Shown here: positions 27,796 through 37,342 of the stretch, piece by piece | Numbering within the stretch: the stretch's first letter is position 1 | Layout: each line of letters begins with the position of its first letter | DNA from: Candidatus Thermoflexus sinensis | GTDB taxonomy: Bacteria > Chloroflexota > Anaerolineae > Thermoflexales > Thermoflexaceae | Assembly (NCBI GenBank): GCA_016842045.1 | Contig: JAEVEY010000140.1 | Span: 23,242-87,241 of the forward strand | Length of the DNA: 64,000 nt | Reading direction: 5' to 3' | Notes under the pieces: generated by a model | Told to the model about the DNA's origin: nothing | The model's input: only the letters and a program-made list of their open reading frames with translations | Database searches by the model: none | Program-made: the position numbers and the translations under genes

Positions 27796-28047
27796 CTACG
27801 AGCGAAGGGCTTCCTCTAACCACTGCCGCAGCAGCTCCGGAGCCGGAACCTCCCTGACGCTGACCAGGACGTCATTGATCACTAGGCCCGGGATGAGATC
27901 CAGGGGGATGTAGCGCCGGATCTCATCCGGGTCGTCCACTTTCTCCACCCGCACGTCCGTCCTTCCCAGATCGATCAGGATCTGGTCCACGAGGGCCTCC
28001 AACCGGAGGCAATTCACGCATCCTGTCCCCAGGATTCGGACGATCAT
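27796..28047 (-). CDS. Small redox-active disulfide protein (thioredoxin fold, CxxC)
   Basis: MIVRILGTGCVNC...PGLVINDVLV..REVP. ATGA overlap with the ArsR gene. Confidence 0.85.
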   Translation of the reverse strand: MIVRILGTGCVNCLRLEALVDQILIDLGRTDVRVEKVDDPDEIRRYIPLDLIPGLVINDVLVSVREVPAPELLRQWLEEALRS

Positions 28048-28409
28048 ATTCGCCTCCTCAGCCGTTTCGGGGAGCGCTTGCGGGGGTTCGGGTGGCATGT
28101 CGGGCATGGGCAGCCGCTAAGGCGTCGGGGAAGGGCGGGGACTGCTGAGCGGAGCAGCAGATCCATCCATCGAAGCTGCCCCAACTCAGTGAGCTCATAA
28201 AACACCAGCTGGCCCTGCCGGCGCGCGGAGACCAGCCCGGCCTGCCGCAGGAGACGCAGCTGTTGAGAGATATACGGCTGGGGCCTGTTCAGAAGCCGCT
28301 GGAGATGGCACACGCATGCCGGCCCTTTCCGGAGTATGGCCAGAATCCGCAACCGATCCGGATGGGCCATCGCCTTCAGGTATTGAATCAACGGAGACGT
28401 GGCCTTCAT
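28044..28409 (-). CDS. ArsR/SmtB-family transcriptional repressor
   Basis: KAMAHPDRLRIL, ACVCHL, SQQLRLLRQAGLV, C-terminal CPCPTC. Confidence 0.9.
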   Translation of the reverse strand: MKATSPLIQYLKAMAHPDRLRILAILRKGPACVCHLQRLLNRPQPYISQQLRLLRQAGLVSARRQGQLVFYELTELGQLRWMDLLLRSAVPALPRRLSGCPCPTCHPNPRKRSPKRLRRRI

Positions 28410-28605
28410 CTTCTTTCTCCAATCCAGAGCAGAGGCAAGGATTTCCTTACGTCAATCGTAATCGATTATCGGGGTCCGGGGGGCGCGCCCTCCAGACCAT
28501 CAATTTTCGGTCCCCTTCCCCCACGGCCCTCTGAGCCATGGGAGGAAGGCGAAAGAGCCTATCCCCGAACGCTGCGAACGTTACCGGAAGAAACTTGTCG
28601 ATCCT

Positions 28606-29715
28606 CTAAGACCCCGCACGCTGGACTCCGGGGGCCGGTGGTCGGAGCAGCTCACCATTGAGAACGCCCCTCAGCGTCTGAAGGAAGACGACGGCCCAGA
28701 AGCATAGCAGTAGCATCCAGAGCGCAATCGCGATTCCGTGAAGGGTGGGGGCGTGGAACACATCCCCCAGCAGAAAGGTGGAGACCGTGTAAGCTCCCAG
28801 AGGGAAGGTGAACGCCCACCAGCTCATTGCAAAGGGGAAAGTTTCCCTCATGTAGCGGAAGAGCAACAGGATCGCGATTGGCAGCCACCAGACCCCAAAG
28901 CCCCACAGGATCAACCCTCCCAAAGGGAGGATCCAGGCGCCTTCAGGATTTCCCAGCCTCATAAGCGGCAGGGCGGTTTCGGAGAGCCGAACCAGCACGA
29001 TGCTACCCACTCCTACAGGGCCTAAACCGATCCATAGGGTGGGGCCGAGATGCGGATGGGGAAGGGGGTGAGCGACCAGCCGCATAAACAGTAAAGCCAG
29101 GACAATCAGGAAGAGCAGGAGCCCGATCCCTGTGAACGCGAAAGCGATCAGACTCACGGCATAGCCCAGCTCCGGGGAGCCCCATGTTGGGATCAATGGG
29201 GCTGCGGTGGCAGGGACCACAATGGCGGCTACCGGCGGGATGAACCAGCCACCGTGGACATGATCCAGAGGGATGTGCTCAGAGGTAAACCACCGATAAG
29301 GGATGAGCACCCCGAACAGGAACGTCGTGATGACCCCGGCCACCCACAATCCCTGTGCGATCGGAGTGGCCGTCGCGTCGCCAAGGATAGGACGGCCAAT
29401 CGCTACGAAGTTAAGGGCCAGCACCATCAGGCCGACCGGCATGGTGGAATAAAACGGGCCACGTATGGGATGGCCCAGATCCGCCCAGGCGTCCTGAGGA
29501 AACAGGACCCAGCGCATTCCCCACGGGATCAGGAGAAGTCCGCAAAGCAGGGTGTTCAGGATCCAGAGAGCGATCGACACGGCACGCAGAGTATGCATCC
29601 ATGCAGCGACATGCAATGTGGCCACGGCCAGAATGCCTGTGCCCATCACCGAGGCGAACCAGCCAGGGTGGAAATGGCGAACCACGTCGTCCCAGCATAA
29701 CGGGCGCTGATCCAT
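28606..29715 (-). CDS. TDT/SLAC1-family anion transporter (tellurite/dicarboxylate/sulfite class)
   Basis: PGWFASVMGTGI, WFIPPV, FAMSWWAFTFPLG. About 10 TM segments. Confidence 0.9.
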   Translation of the reverse strand: MDQRPLCWDDVVRHFHPGWFASVMGTGILAVATLHVAAWMHTLRAVSIALWILNTLLCGLLLIPWGMRWVLFPQDAWADLGHPIRGPFYSTMPVGLMVLALNFVAIGRPILGDATATPIAQGLWVAGVITTFLFGVLIPYRWFTSEHIPLDHVHGGWFIPPVAAIVVPATAAPLIPTWGSPELGYAVSLIAFAFTGIGLLLFLIVLALLFMRLVAHPLPHPHLGPTLWIGLGPVGVGSIVLVRLSETALPLMRLGNPEGAWILPLGGLILWGFGVWWLPIAILLLFRYMRETFPFAMSWWAFTFPLGAYTVSTFLLGDVFHAPTLHGIAIALWMLLLCFWAVVFLQTLRGVLNGELLRPPAPGVQRAGS

Positions 29716-29746
29716 GGATATGCCCTCCCAGGAATAATCTACTCAC

Positions 29747-29778
29747 ATTTTATATGCAAATTATCTTATATGCAAATT
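29747..29778 (-). promoter_or_regulatory. Sigma70-like promoter overlapped by a 13 bp tandem direct repeat (candidate operator)
   Basis: Minus strand TTGCAT-17-TAAAAT. TTATATGCAAATT occurs at 29750-29762 and 29766-29778. Confidence 0.65.
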
Positions 29779-30291
29779 TTTTGATATCTATTCATCTTCG
29801 CTGTGGTTCGTTATGAGCAAGGCCCGCGATCCGATAAAGCCCCAGCGAGGCGGGAGGCATTTTCAGAAACTGGCTGTGCTGAGCCTGGAGATCGCGCCTC
29901 GTGCCTGTGCCTCGTTGAAGATCACACGGAAAGGGGAGGGGAAAGAAGCCAGATTGGCCCGGTCGGAATCAGGCTCTTGAAGACGAGGGGGGGTGAACCC
30001 CAGAGGGCTGCGCGGAAGCAGGTCGTGTCCTCTGGTAAAATGAATAGAACAGGAATTATGTGGCGGATCTCCTCTCCTGGATTTTTGAGGCTGGCCCCGG
30101 CACCGGAGGCACTGTGCCCAGCCCAAAAATGAGCCTTATCCCCCTTCCCCGGCCGGGAGAGAGAAGGGTTGCTCTGAGCGAAGCGTTCTCCCTCCTGGTG
30201 GGCTCTGTCGCACAGGGAGAGGAGCCATCGGGAAAATCATCCCGATTCCATGGGGCGGCTATCTGAACCTGCGTGGAGTGGGAATCCCGCG

Positions 30292-31368
30292 ATGTCCCGT
30301 TACGTTCTCCGTCGTCTGACCTCGATGATCCCGGTGCTCTTCGGGATCCTGCTCGTGGTGTTCGTGATGGTCCGGCTGATCCCCGGCGATCCATGCCTGG
30401 TGATGCTGGGGGAGCGGGCCACCAAGGCCCAGTGCGAGGCCTTCAAGGAGCGCTTTGGCCTGCACGATCCCCTTCCGGTTCAGTTCGTTCGTTACACCAT
30501 TCAGATCCTCCAGGGGGATCTGGGGACTTCTATCAGCACCGGACGGCCGGTGGCGGTGATCCTGGCCGAGCGGCTCCCGATGACCATCGAGCTCACCATC
30601 GGGGCGATCCTGTTCGCGACCGTGGTGGGGATCACCCTGGGAACGCTCTCCGCCATCCATCAGAATTCCCCCATCGATGTGGCGACGATGGTCCTGGCCA
30701 ACATCGGGGTCTCCATGCCGGTGTTCTGGCTGGGGTTAATGCTGGCCTATGTGTTTGCGCTGGTATTCAAAGACACCCCGCTTTTCCTTCCGCCCTCCGG
30801 GCGTCTCTCGCCCGGGCTCACGTTGCCGCCGCTGACCCGGGTGTGGGGGCTGGAGGATGTGGAGGGGTTCCCGCGGGTGGCATTGATCTTTCTCTCGAAT
30901 TCCGTGCTCTTCAACAGCGTGGTAACCGGGAACTTCGCGGCGTTCTGGGATGCCCTGCGCCATCTCATCCTTCCCTCGGTGGCCGTGGGGACCATCCCGC
31001 TGTCCATTATTGCTCGCATGACCCGTTCCAGCCTGCTGGAGGTGCTGGGGGAGGATTATATCCGGACCGCGCGGGCGAAGGGACTGCGGGAACGGATCGT
31101 CCTGGCCCGCCACGCGATGCGCAATGCCATGATCCCGATTGTGACCGTGGTTGGCCTGCAGACGGGGAGCCTCCTCTCCGGGGCGGTGCTCACCGAGACG
31201 GTGTTCGCCCTGCCGGGGGTGGGGACCCAGCTGGTCTCAGCCATCCTGGCCCGGGATTATCCGGTCGTTCAGGGGTTCACCCTGGCCGTGGCGATCATGT
31301 TCGCTCTGGTGAACCTTATCGTGGATCTCTCATACGCTTACCTGGATCCTCGGATCCGGCTGGAGTAG
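30292..31368 (+). CDS. Peptide/nickel ABC transporter permease DppB/OppB-like
   Basis: RLIPGDP, GDLGTS, RLPMTIEL, EAA loop DYIRTARAKGL, RDYPVVQG. Confidence 0.92.
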   Translation: MSRYVLRRLTSMIPVLFGILLVVFVMVRLIPGDPCLVMLGERATKAQCEAFKERFGLHDPLPVQFVRYTIQILQGDLGTSISTGRPVAVILAERLPMTIELTIGAILFATVVGITLGTLSAIHQNSPIDVATMVLANIGVSMPVFWLGLMLAYVFALVFKDTPLFLPPSGRLSPGLTLPPLTRVWGLEDVEGFPRVALIFLSNSVLFNSVVTGNFAAFWDALRHLILPSVAVGTIPLSIIARMTRSSLLEVLGEDYIRTARAKGLRERIVLARHAMRNAMIPIVTVVGLQTGSLLSGAVLTETVFALPGVGTQLVSAILARDYPVVQGFTLAVAIMFALVNLIVDLSYAYLDPRIRLE

Positions 31369-31387
31369 AGTTTGTCGCAACGAGGAA

Positions 31388-31432
31388 ACTCTTTAAGGGG
31401 TGGGCCGCGTACGCGGCCCACCCCTTAAAGAA
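31388..31432. repeat. Long intergenic palindrome between the two permease genes
   Basis: CTTTAAGGGGTGGGCCGCGTACGCGGCCCACCCCTTAAAG is perfectly self-complementary. Confidence 0.7.
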
Positions 31433-31462
31433 ATTCCATAGATTCGGGAAGGATGCGAATCG

Positions 31463-32404
31463 ATGAGCGCGATCGCTCCTCCTCTGACGAGGGAACTGGT
31501 TACGCCCCGGCGTTCGCCGACGATGGAGGCCTTGCGCCGCCTGATCCGTCATCGGTCCGCCCAGGCGGGCTTCTTCCTGCTGGGTCTGATGGTTTTCGCG
31601 GCGATCTTCGCCGATGTCATCGCGCCTTACGATCCGATCAAGCCCTTGACGGGTGTGCAACGCCGGTCACCGCCCTGCATCCACCTGCTGGGATGCCCGC
31701 GAGATCGATCGCAGCATCTCTTCGGCATCGATGGCAACAACCGGGACCTGTTCTCCCGGGTGATCTACGGCTCCCGGCTTTCGTTGCAGATTGGCTTCTC
31801 CACCATCACGTTCGCCATCGTTGTGGGGGGATTGTTGGGGGCGATTGCGGGGTATGCAGGGGGATGGCTGGATAACGCGATCATGCGGGTGATGGATGTG
31901 ATCCTGGCCTTCCCCAGCCTGCTGTTGGCGATCGCCATCGTCAGCGTGCTGGGGCCAGGGCTGATCAACGCCCTGCTGGCCATCGGCTTCGTCTCCATCC
32001 CGGTCTACGCCCGCATCGTCCGGGCCGCTGTCCTGGCCGTGAAGGAGCTGGACTATGTGATGGCGGCCCGGGCGGTGGGCGCTTCCCCGTTGCGGGTGCT
32101 GTTTGTTCACATCCTCCCCAATGCCCTGACCCCGCTGATCGTCCAGGGCACCCTGGGGATCGCCACAGCCATCCTGGACGCGGCAGCGCTTTCCTTCCTG
32201 GGGCTGGGAGCAGAGGTGCCGAAGCCGGAATGGGGATTGATGCTTGGGGAGGAGCGGAACAGCGTGTTTAATGCCCCGCATCTGGTGTTTTTCCCGGGCA
32301 TCGCCATCATGTTAACTGTGCTGGCCTTCAATCTGTTGGGGGATGGCCTGCGTGATGCGCTGGATCCCCGGCTGAGCTATCGAGGGTATGAGAAACGGGT
32401 TTGA
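31463..32404 (+). CDS. Peptide/nickel ABC transporter permease DppC/OppC-like
   Basis: HLFGIDGNNRDLFSRVIYGSR, DYVMAARAVG, HILPN, FNLLGDGLRDALDP. Confidence 0.92.
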   Translation: MSAIAPPLTRELVTPRRSPTMEALRRLIRHRSAQAGFFLLGLMVFAAIFADVIAPYDPIKPLTGVQRRSPPCIHLLGCPRDRSQHLFGIDGNNRDLFSRVIYGSRLSLQIGFSTITFAIVVGGLLGAIAGYAGGWLDNAIMRVMDVILAFPSLLLAIAIVSVLGPGLINALLAIGFVSIPVYARIVRAAVLAVKELDYVMAARAVGASPLRVLFVHILPNALTPLIVQGTLGIATAILDAAALSFLGLGAEVPKPEWGLMLGEERNSVFNAPHLVFFPGIAIMLTVLAFNLLGDGLRDALDPRLSYRGYEKRV

Positions 32405-32471
32405 TGAAAGGATGGCTGCTGGCTTCTCCCATTCGCGATGGGCCAGGACGAGGTATCCATTCGGCGGTTTT

Positions 32472-32662
32472 CAGGGCTTTTTCATCATCTGAGCGTTCGC
32501 ATAGGGATTTAGGGCAAGCCAGGCGGCTCTGGTGCCCGGCTCGCCCTAAATATCATTTTCATCTTCATCTCCCCCCTATGGCCTTCGGGCCGTGGGGAGG
32601 GGAGATCCAGAGGGGTGGGCCCATCCGCTGGGCCTGACCAGTATGAGGGCAGGAAAGCCCTG
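32472..32662. mobile_element. CAGGG-ended MITE (family C), best-preserved copy, ISAs1-like
   Basis: Terminal inverted repeat CAGGGCTTT...AAAGCCCTG. Flanks CGGCGGTTTT / CGGCGGTTTG (9 of 10 bp direct repeat). Confidence 0.8.
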
Positions 32663-32794
32663 CGGCGGTTTGCCGAATTTCGGAGGAGGCGTGGGGTAGG
32701 GGTAAGATAGATTTTAGAATTGCGTCGCTGGCCTTCTTCCCCAGGTTTGGGGGAGGGGCTCCTCCAGATTCTGCGTTTCAGGAGCGGTAAGGTT

Positions 32795-35548
32795 ATGGAA
32801 AAGCAGAATTCGGTTCCGATGAGTGCTGCGCAGATCCGACAGGCCTTCCTGGACTTCTTTGCCGCCCGGGGCCACACCATTGTTCCCAGCTCCTCCCTGG
32901 TGCCGGTTGGGGATCCCACCCTGCTGTTCACAAACGCAGGGATGAACCAGTTCAAGAACGTGTTCCTGGGCCTGGAGACCCGTCCCTACAAGCGGGCGGC
33001 CTCCGTCCAGAAATGCATGCGGGTTTCCGGGAAGCACAACGATCTGGAGAACGTCGGCCCCAGCCCGCGCCACCACACCTTCTTCGAGATGCTGGGCAAT
33101 TTCTCCTTCGGCGACTATTTCAAGCGCGAAGCCATCCACTATGCCTTTGAATGCCTGACTCAGGTCTACGGCCTGGATCCGGCGCGGCTGGTCTTCACCG
33201 TTCACCAGGACGACGACGAGGCCTACCGGGTCTGGGTGGAGGAAATCGGGGTCCCGCGGGAGCGGGTCTTCCGCATGGGCGATAAAACCAACTTCTGGAT
33301 GATGGGGGACACCGGCCCATGCGGGCCCACCTCCGAGATCCACTACGACTGGGGTCCTGAATACTGCACCTGTGGGGACCCGAACTGCAGCGTGGCGCTG
33401 GACAACGGGTGCGACCGCTGGCTGGAGTTGTGGAACCTGGTCTTCATGCAGTTCGACCAGAAGGCGGATGGCACCCGGGTGCCGCTCCCCCGGCCTGGAG
33501 TGGATACCGGGATGGGCCTGGAGCGGCTGGCGGCGGTGCTCCAGGGCGTATTCTCCAACTACGAGACGGATCTGTTCGTTCCCATTATGGAACGAACCCG
33601 CGAGGTGCGTGGGCACACCCGAGAGGAGATGAAAGTGCACATCGTCGCCTACCGGGTGATCGCCGATCACACCCGCGCGGCCTCTTTCCTGATCGCCGAT
33701 GGGGTGTTGCCCGGGAACGTGGGGCGGGGCTATGTGCTGCGGATGATCATCCGTCGCGCCGCGCGCTTCGGCCGCAAGATCGGCTTTGAGGAGCCGTTCA
33801 TGGCCCGCGTTGCCGAAGCGGTGGTCGAGATCATGGGCGGGCATTACCGGGAGCTGGTGGATCGCCGGGAGCATATCTTCCGCACGCTCACCCAGGAGGA
33901 GGAGCGCTTCCTGCGCACCCTGGACCTGGGGCTCTCCCGGCTGGAGGAGGTGCTGGAGGAAGTGGCCGCCCGGGGCGATCGCGTGGTGCCAGGGGAGGAA
34001 GCGTTCCGGCTTTACGATTCCTACGGGCTGCCGCTGGAGATCACCCGGGATGTGGCCCGGGAGCGCGGGTTCGCCGTGGACGAGGCCGGCTTCCAGCGGG
34101 CGCTGGCCCAGCAGCGGGAGCGGGCCCGGGCAACGGAGCGCTTCGAGCTGGACACGGAGCAGCTCGCCCGTTACCGGCGGCTGCTGGCCACTCTTCAGGA
34201 CAAAGGCCTGGTGGGCGATCAGGGAGTGGAATACGATCCCTACAGCGGGACCGAGCGTGAGACCACGGTAGCTGCCCTGCTGGTCGATGGGGAGATGGTT
34301 CAGGTCGCCCGTCCGGGGGACCGGGTGGAGGTGGTCCTGCCAGCGACCTGTTTCTATGTGGAGAGCGGCGGCCAGGTGAGCGATATCGGCCATATTGCGC
34401 GTTATCCGGAGGGCGGAGGCGATCCGCTGTGGGAGATCGAGGTGGAAGACACCCGCCAGCCGATCCCGGGCCTGATCGTGCATGTCGGCCGGGTGAAGTC
34501 TGGCCATCCCCGGGTAGGGGATCCTGCGTGGGCGGTGGTGGACTTCGAGCGCCGCTGGGACATCATGCGCAACCACACCGCGACCCATCTCCTTCATGCG
34601 GAGCTGCGCGCCCTCCTGGGCTCCCATGTGGTTCAGGCCGGCTCCCTGGTGGCGCCGGATCGGCTGCGTTTCGATTTCACCCATGGGGCGTTGCTCAGCC
34701 AGGATGAGCTGGACGCCATCGTCTACGACATCAACACGGCCATCCTGATGGACTACCCGGTCAACGTCAGCTACGAGCCGTATCAGCAGGCCATTGCCAG
34801 CGGCGCCATGGCCCTGTTCGGCGAGAAGTATGGGGAGATCGTCCGGGTGGTCCGGATCGGCTGGCCGGATGAGCCGCCCATCAGCGCCGAGCTGTGCGGC
34901 GGCACCCATGTGTATAACACCTCCCAGATCGGCGCCTTCGTGATCACCTACGAGGGCGGGGTGGGCTCCGGAGTTCGCCGTCTGGAGGCAGTCACCGGCC
35001 GGGAGGCGGTGCGGCTGATCCAGGACCGCATGCGCCGCCTGACCCACGCGGCGACCTACCTGGAGGTCCGGCCGGAGGAGGTGGACCGCAAGGTCCTGGA
35101 TCTCCTCGACCGGATCCAGTCTCTGGAGAAGGAGCTGGCGCGGCTTCGCCGCGAGGTGGCCCGTCAGGAGTTCGAGGCGATGTTCCGCCAGGCGGAGCGG
35201 GTCGGGGAGATCACGGTGCTGGCCGCCCAGAGCCGGGTCGGGGATATCGAGCAGTTGCGGGAGATGACGGACTGGTTCCGCGAGCGGGTGCGGACGAACG
35301 GGGTGATTGTGCTGGCCTCGGTGATCGGCGGGCGTCCGAATTTTGTGGCGGCGGTGACCCCTGACCTGGCCGAACGGGGCCTGGACGCGGTGCGGGTGGT
35401 GCGAGCGGTCGCTCAGGTTGTGGGCGGAAGCGGCGGCGGCCGGCCCACCCTGGCCCAGGCCGGAGGTCGCGACGCGAGCAAAATCGGTGAGGCCCTCCAC
35501 CAGGCTCCGCGGCTGGTTTCAGAGTGGTTGAAGCAACGCCCCTCATGA
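32795..35548 (+). CDS. alaS: Alanine--tRNA ligase
   Basis: DPTLLFTNAGMNQFK, RHHTFFEMLGNFSFGDYFK, DTGMGLER, HTATHLLH, ELCGGTHV, GGSGGG..AQAGG. Confidence 0.98.
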   Translation: MEKQNSVPMSAAQIRQAFLDFFAARGHTIVPSSSLVPVGDPTLLFTNAGMNQFKNVFLGLETRPYKRAASVQKCMRVSGKHNDLENVGPSPRHHTFFEMLGNFSFGDYFKREAIHYAFECLTQVYGLDPARLVFTVHQDDDEAYRVWVEEIGVPRERVFRMGDKTNFWMMGDTGPCGPTSEIHYDWGPEYCTCGDPNCSVALDNGCDRWLELWNLVFMQFDQKADGTRVPLPRPGVDTGMGLERLAAVLQGVFSNYETDLFVPIMERTREVRGHTREEMKVHIVAYRVIADHTRAASFLIADGVLPGNVGRGYVLRMIIRRAARFGRKIGFEEPFMARVAEAVVEIMGGHYRELVDRREHIFRTLTQEEERFLRTLDLGLSRLEEVLEEVAARGDRVVPGEEAFRLYDSYGLPLEITRDVARERGFAVDEAGFQRALAQQRERARATERFELDTEQLARYRRLLATLQDKGLVGDQGVEYDPYSGTERETTVAALLVDGEMVQVARPGDRVEVVLPATCFYVESGGQVSDIGHIARYPEGGGDPLWEIEVEDTRQPIPGLIVHVGRVKSGHPRVGDPAWAVVDFERRWDIMRNHTATHLLHAELRALLGSHVVQAGSLVAPDRLRFDFTHGALLSQDELDAIVYDINTAILMDYPVNVSYEPYQQAIASGAMALFGEKYGEIVRVVRIGWPDEPPISAELCGGTHVYNTSQIGAFVITYEGGVGSGVRRLEAVTGREAVRLIQDRMRRLTHAATYLEVRPEEVDRKVLDLLDRIQSLEKELARLRREVARQEFEAMFRQAERVGEITVLAAQSRVGDIEQLREMTDWFRERVRTNGVIVLASVIGGRPNFVAAVTPDLAERGLDAVRVVRAVAQVVGGSGGGRPTLAQAGGRDASKIGEALHQAPRLVSEWLKQRPS

Positions 35549-35565
35549 TCCCCGATGAAAGGCGG

Positions 35566-35594
35566 GTAGGGGCGAGGCATTGCCTCGCCCCCAC
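35566..35594. repeat. GTAG-type REP-like palindrome between convergent genes
   Basis: GTAGGGGCGAGGCATTGCCTCGCCCCCAC. Confidence 0.55.
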
Positions 35595-35599
35595 AAAAT

Positions 35600-37054
35600 T
35601 TATCGCATGATCAAGGGAAGCATCGCCCGATAGACCTCCGGCACCACCCGGAGCACCACCTGGAGATCCCGCTCCGGGGTTTCCACCAGGACTGACGTGG
35701 AAAGCGGAGAAGGCACTGCCACTCGCACCCGCAAGGTCCCCGTGTAGACGCCAATGCCTCTTCCGGCTGGGTCCGCAGTGAATGATAAGGGTTGGCGATC
35801 GCTTCCTGAGCTGAGATCCGGCGTAAGCGGGAAATCCGGGGAGGAGACGCTCAATACCGACCACGTGAAGGGGTCCGGGGTGTGTCCCTGCAGCCGGAAG
35901 GCTCCCCGCAAGGGCGCAGGGACATCCACGTCCGACAACAACATCAGCGGCGTGTTCCATGCGAACCGCGCCGGAACTTTGTTCTTCGCCATGTCGCGCA
36001 AAGCGGCTTCCGCCGGGCGGCCCTTGATGTCATAGAAGCGCATCTGATCACAGGGGGAGAAGTAATTGGGCGGGGCCTCGCCGAATCCATAATTGAAAAC
36101 CAGCATGGCCCCCATCCATGGCCAGTTCGCGTCGGCCCACTGGTAGGCCTGCACGAGGTAGGTGGCCTGATCCTGAGGGGAGACCACCTGCCACTGCCGT
36201 CCGCTGAAGGAAGGATCGTTCCAGCACTCCGGTCGGCCGACCTGACGGGGATCCACCAGCCATCCGAACTCCGTCGCCCAGATCGGCTTGTTCACGCCGA
36301 ACTCGCTGACCATGATCTGGCGGATCACTTCCACGGTTCGGAAGCAGAAGTCATTGGGCCCGCATTCCGGCGATCCGGGGGCGGCGAGCGCCGGCGCGGC
36401 GAATCCATAGGGGTGGAAGCCCAATGCATCGAAGCAGCTGGCCGCCCCTGCCTGGAGCATCTCCCGCAGGAACTCCCGCTCGTCCTGGTAGTATCCGGGG
36501 CACCATCCCACACCGGGTGCGCAATAGCCTTTGTGACCATTCCAGGTGAAGGGCACACGGCCGGTCGGGGCCAGCCCGGCTGAGACCACGATGGCCGTGG
36601 GGTCCGCCCGCTTGATTCGACGATAGGCCTCGCACAGGACCCGGGTGTAATCCGCGGCGTTGGGGGGCGCGGCCCAGCCGTAGGAGGCGTCCAGGTTCGG
36701 CTCATTGCCGATCTCCCATGCCTCGATCCAGTCCGCCTGGGTTCTGGCCTCGTTCTCCAGCCAGTCCCCCCATGCGCTCAGGTTGTTCAACGTGCCGGCG
36801 TGCACATCCACCCGTCGCAGGACCCGATAGGGGAGCCGGCTTCCTGGGGAGCCGAACACCTTGGTCCAGTCAAAGCCCATCGCTCCAATGCCGGGGTCAG
36901 AGGAGCTCAACGGGTTGACGCCGTAACCCAGATGGGGGTTGGATTGAGCACGGGCATCCGGGGAAACCGAAGAGGAAACAATGGCCATCCCCAGGCCGAT
37001 TCCCACCAGCCACACCCGCAGCAGCTTCCACCAGCTTCTGGATCGGACTTTCAT
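35600..37054 (-). CDS. Exported clan GH-A glycoside hydrolase-like protein with C-terminal LPLIMR motif
   Basis: Signal peptide, acid/base WEIGNEPN, nucleophile IWATEFGW. Start set to ATG 37054 with GGAGG RBS. Confidence 0.8.
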   Translation of the reverse strand: MKVRSRSWWKLLRVWLVGIGLGMAIVSSSVSPDARAQSNPHLGYGVNPLSSSDPGIGAMGFDWTKVFGSPGSRLPYRVLRRVDVHAGTLNNLSAWGDWLENEARTQADWIEAWEIGNEPNLDASYGWAAPPNAADYTRVLCEAYRRIKRADPTAIVVSAGLAPTGRVPFTWNGHKGYCAPGVGWCPGYYQDEREFLREMLQAGAASCFDALGFHPYGFAAPALAAPGSPECGPNDFCFRTVEVIRQIMVSEFGVNKPIWATEFGWLVDPRQVGRPECWNDPSFSGRQWQVVSPQDQATYLVQAYQWADANWPWMGAMLVFNYGFGEAPPNYFSPCDQMRFYDIKGRPAEAALRDMAKNKVPARFAWNTPLMLLSDVDVPAPLRGAFRLQGHTPDPFTWSVLSVSSPDFPLTPDLSSGSDRQPLSFTADPAGRGIGVYTGTLRVRVAVPSPLSTSVLVETPERDLQVVLRVVPEVYRAMLPLIMR

Positions 37055-37342
37055 CGGTAGACCTCCCGGCGTCGTATCAGGGTGGGTAGTAAGAATGATA
37101 CGCTTCGGGCTCCGGCACAAATCCTGCAGTTCGCTTGCCGATCCTGGCTGGGGGAGGGAAGAGCATCTTCTTCCCAAACTTTCGGTGAGCCATATCGGGG
37201 GGCGGAATGGGTGAGGGCCGTCTCGCTGTCTATCTGATCCCCTCCGTGAATCCTCTCCCCACATCGCGAGACGGCCTGGGGAGAGGGAGAAGGTTGGAGT
37301 GGCAGGCCGCCTCCGCCCGAAACCTCCCTGGAAAAGAACGGG

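Noticed and set aside
32405-32794. T-box leader upstream of alaS
   Set aside because: No GGTGGNACCGCG T-box sequence; the region is explained by the family C MITE.
32714-35500. 928 aa minus-strand ORF
   Set aside because: Antisense shadow of alaS, typical of high-GC codon bias. The same applies to most other overlapping ORFs in the track (e.g. 1403-2386, 12666-13829, 37349-38695, 61814-62896).
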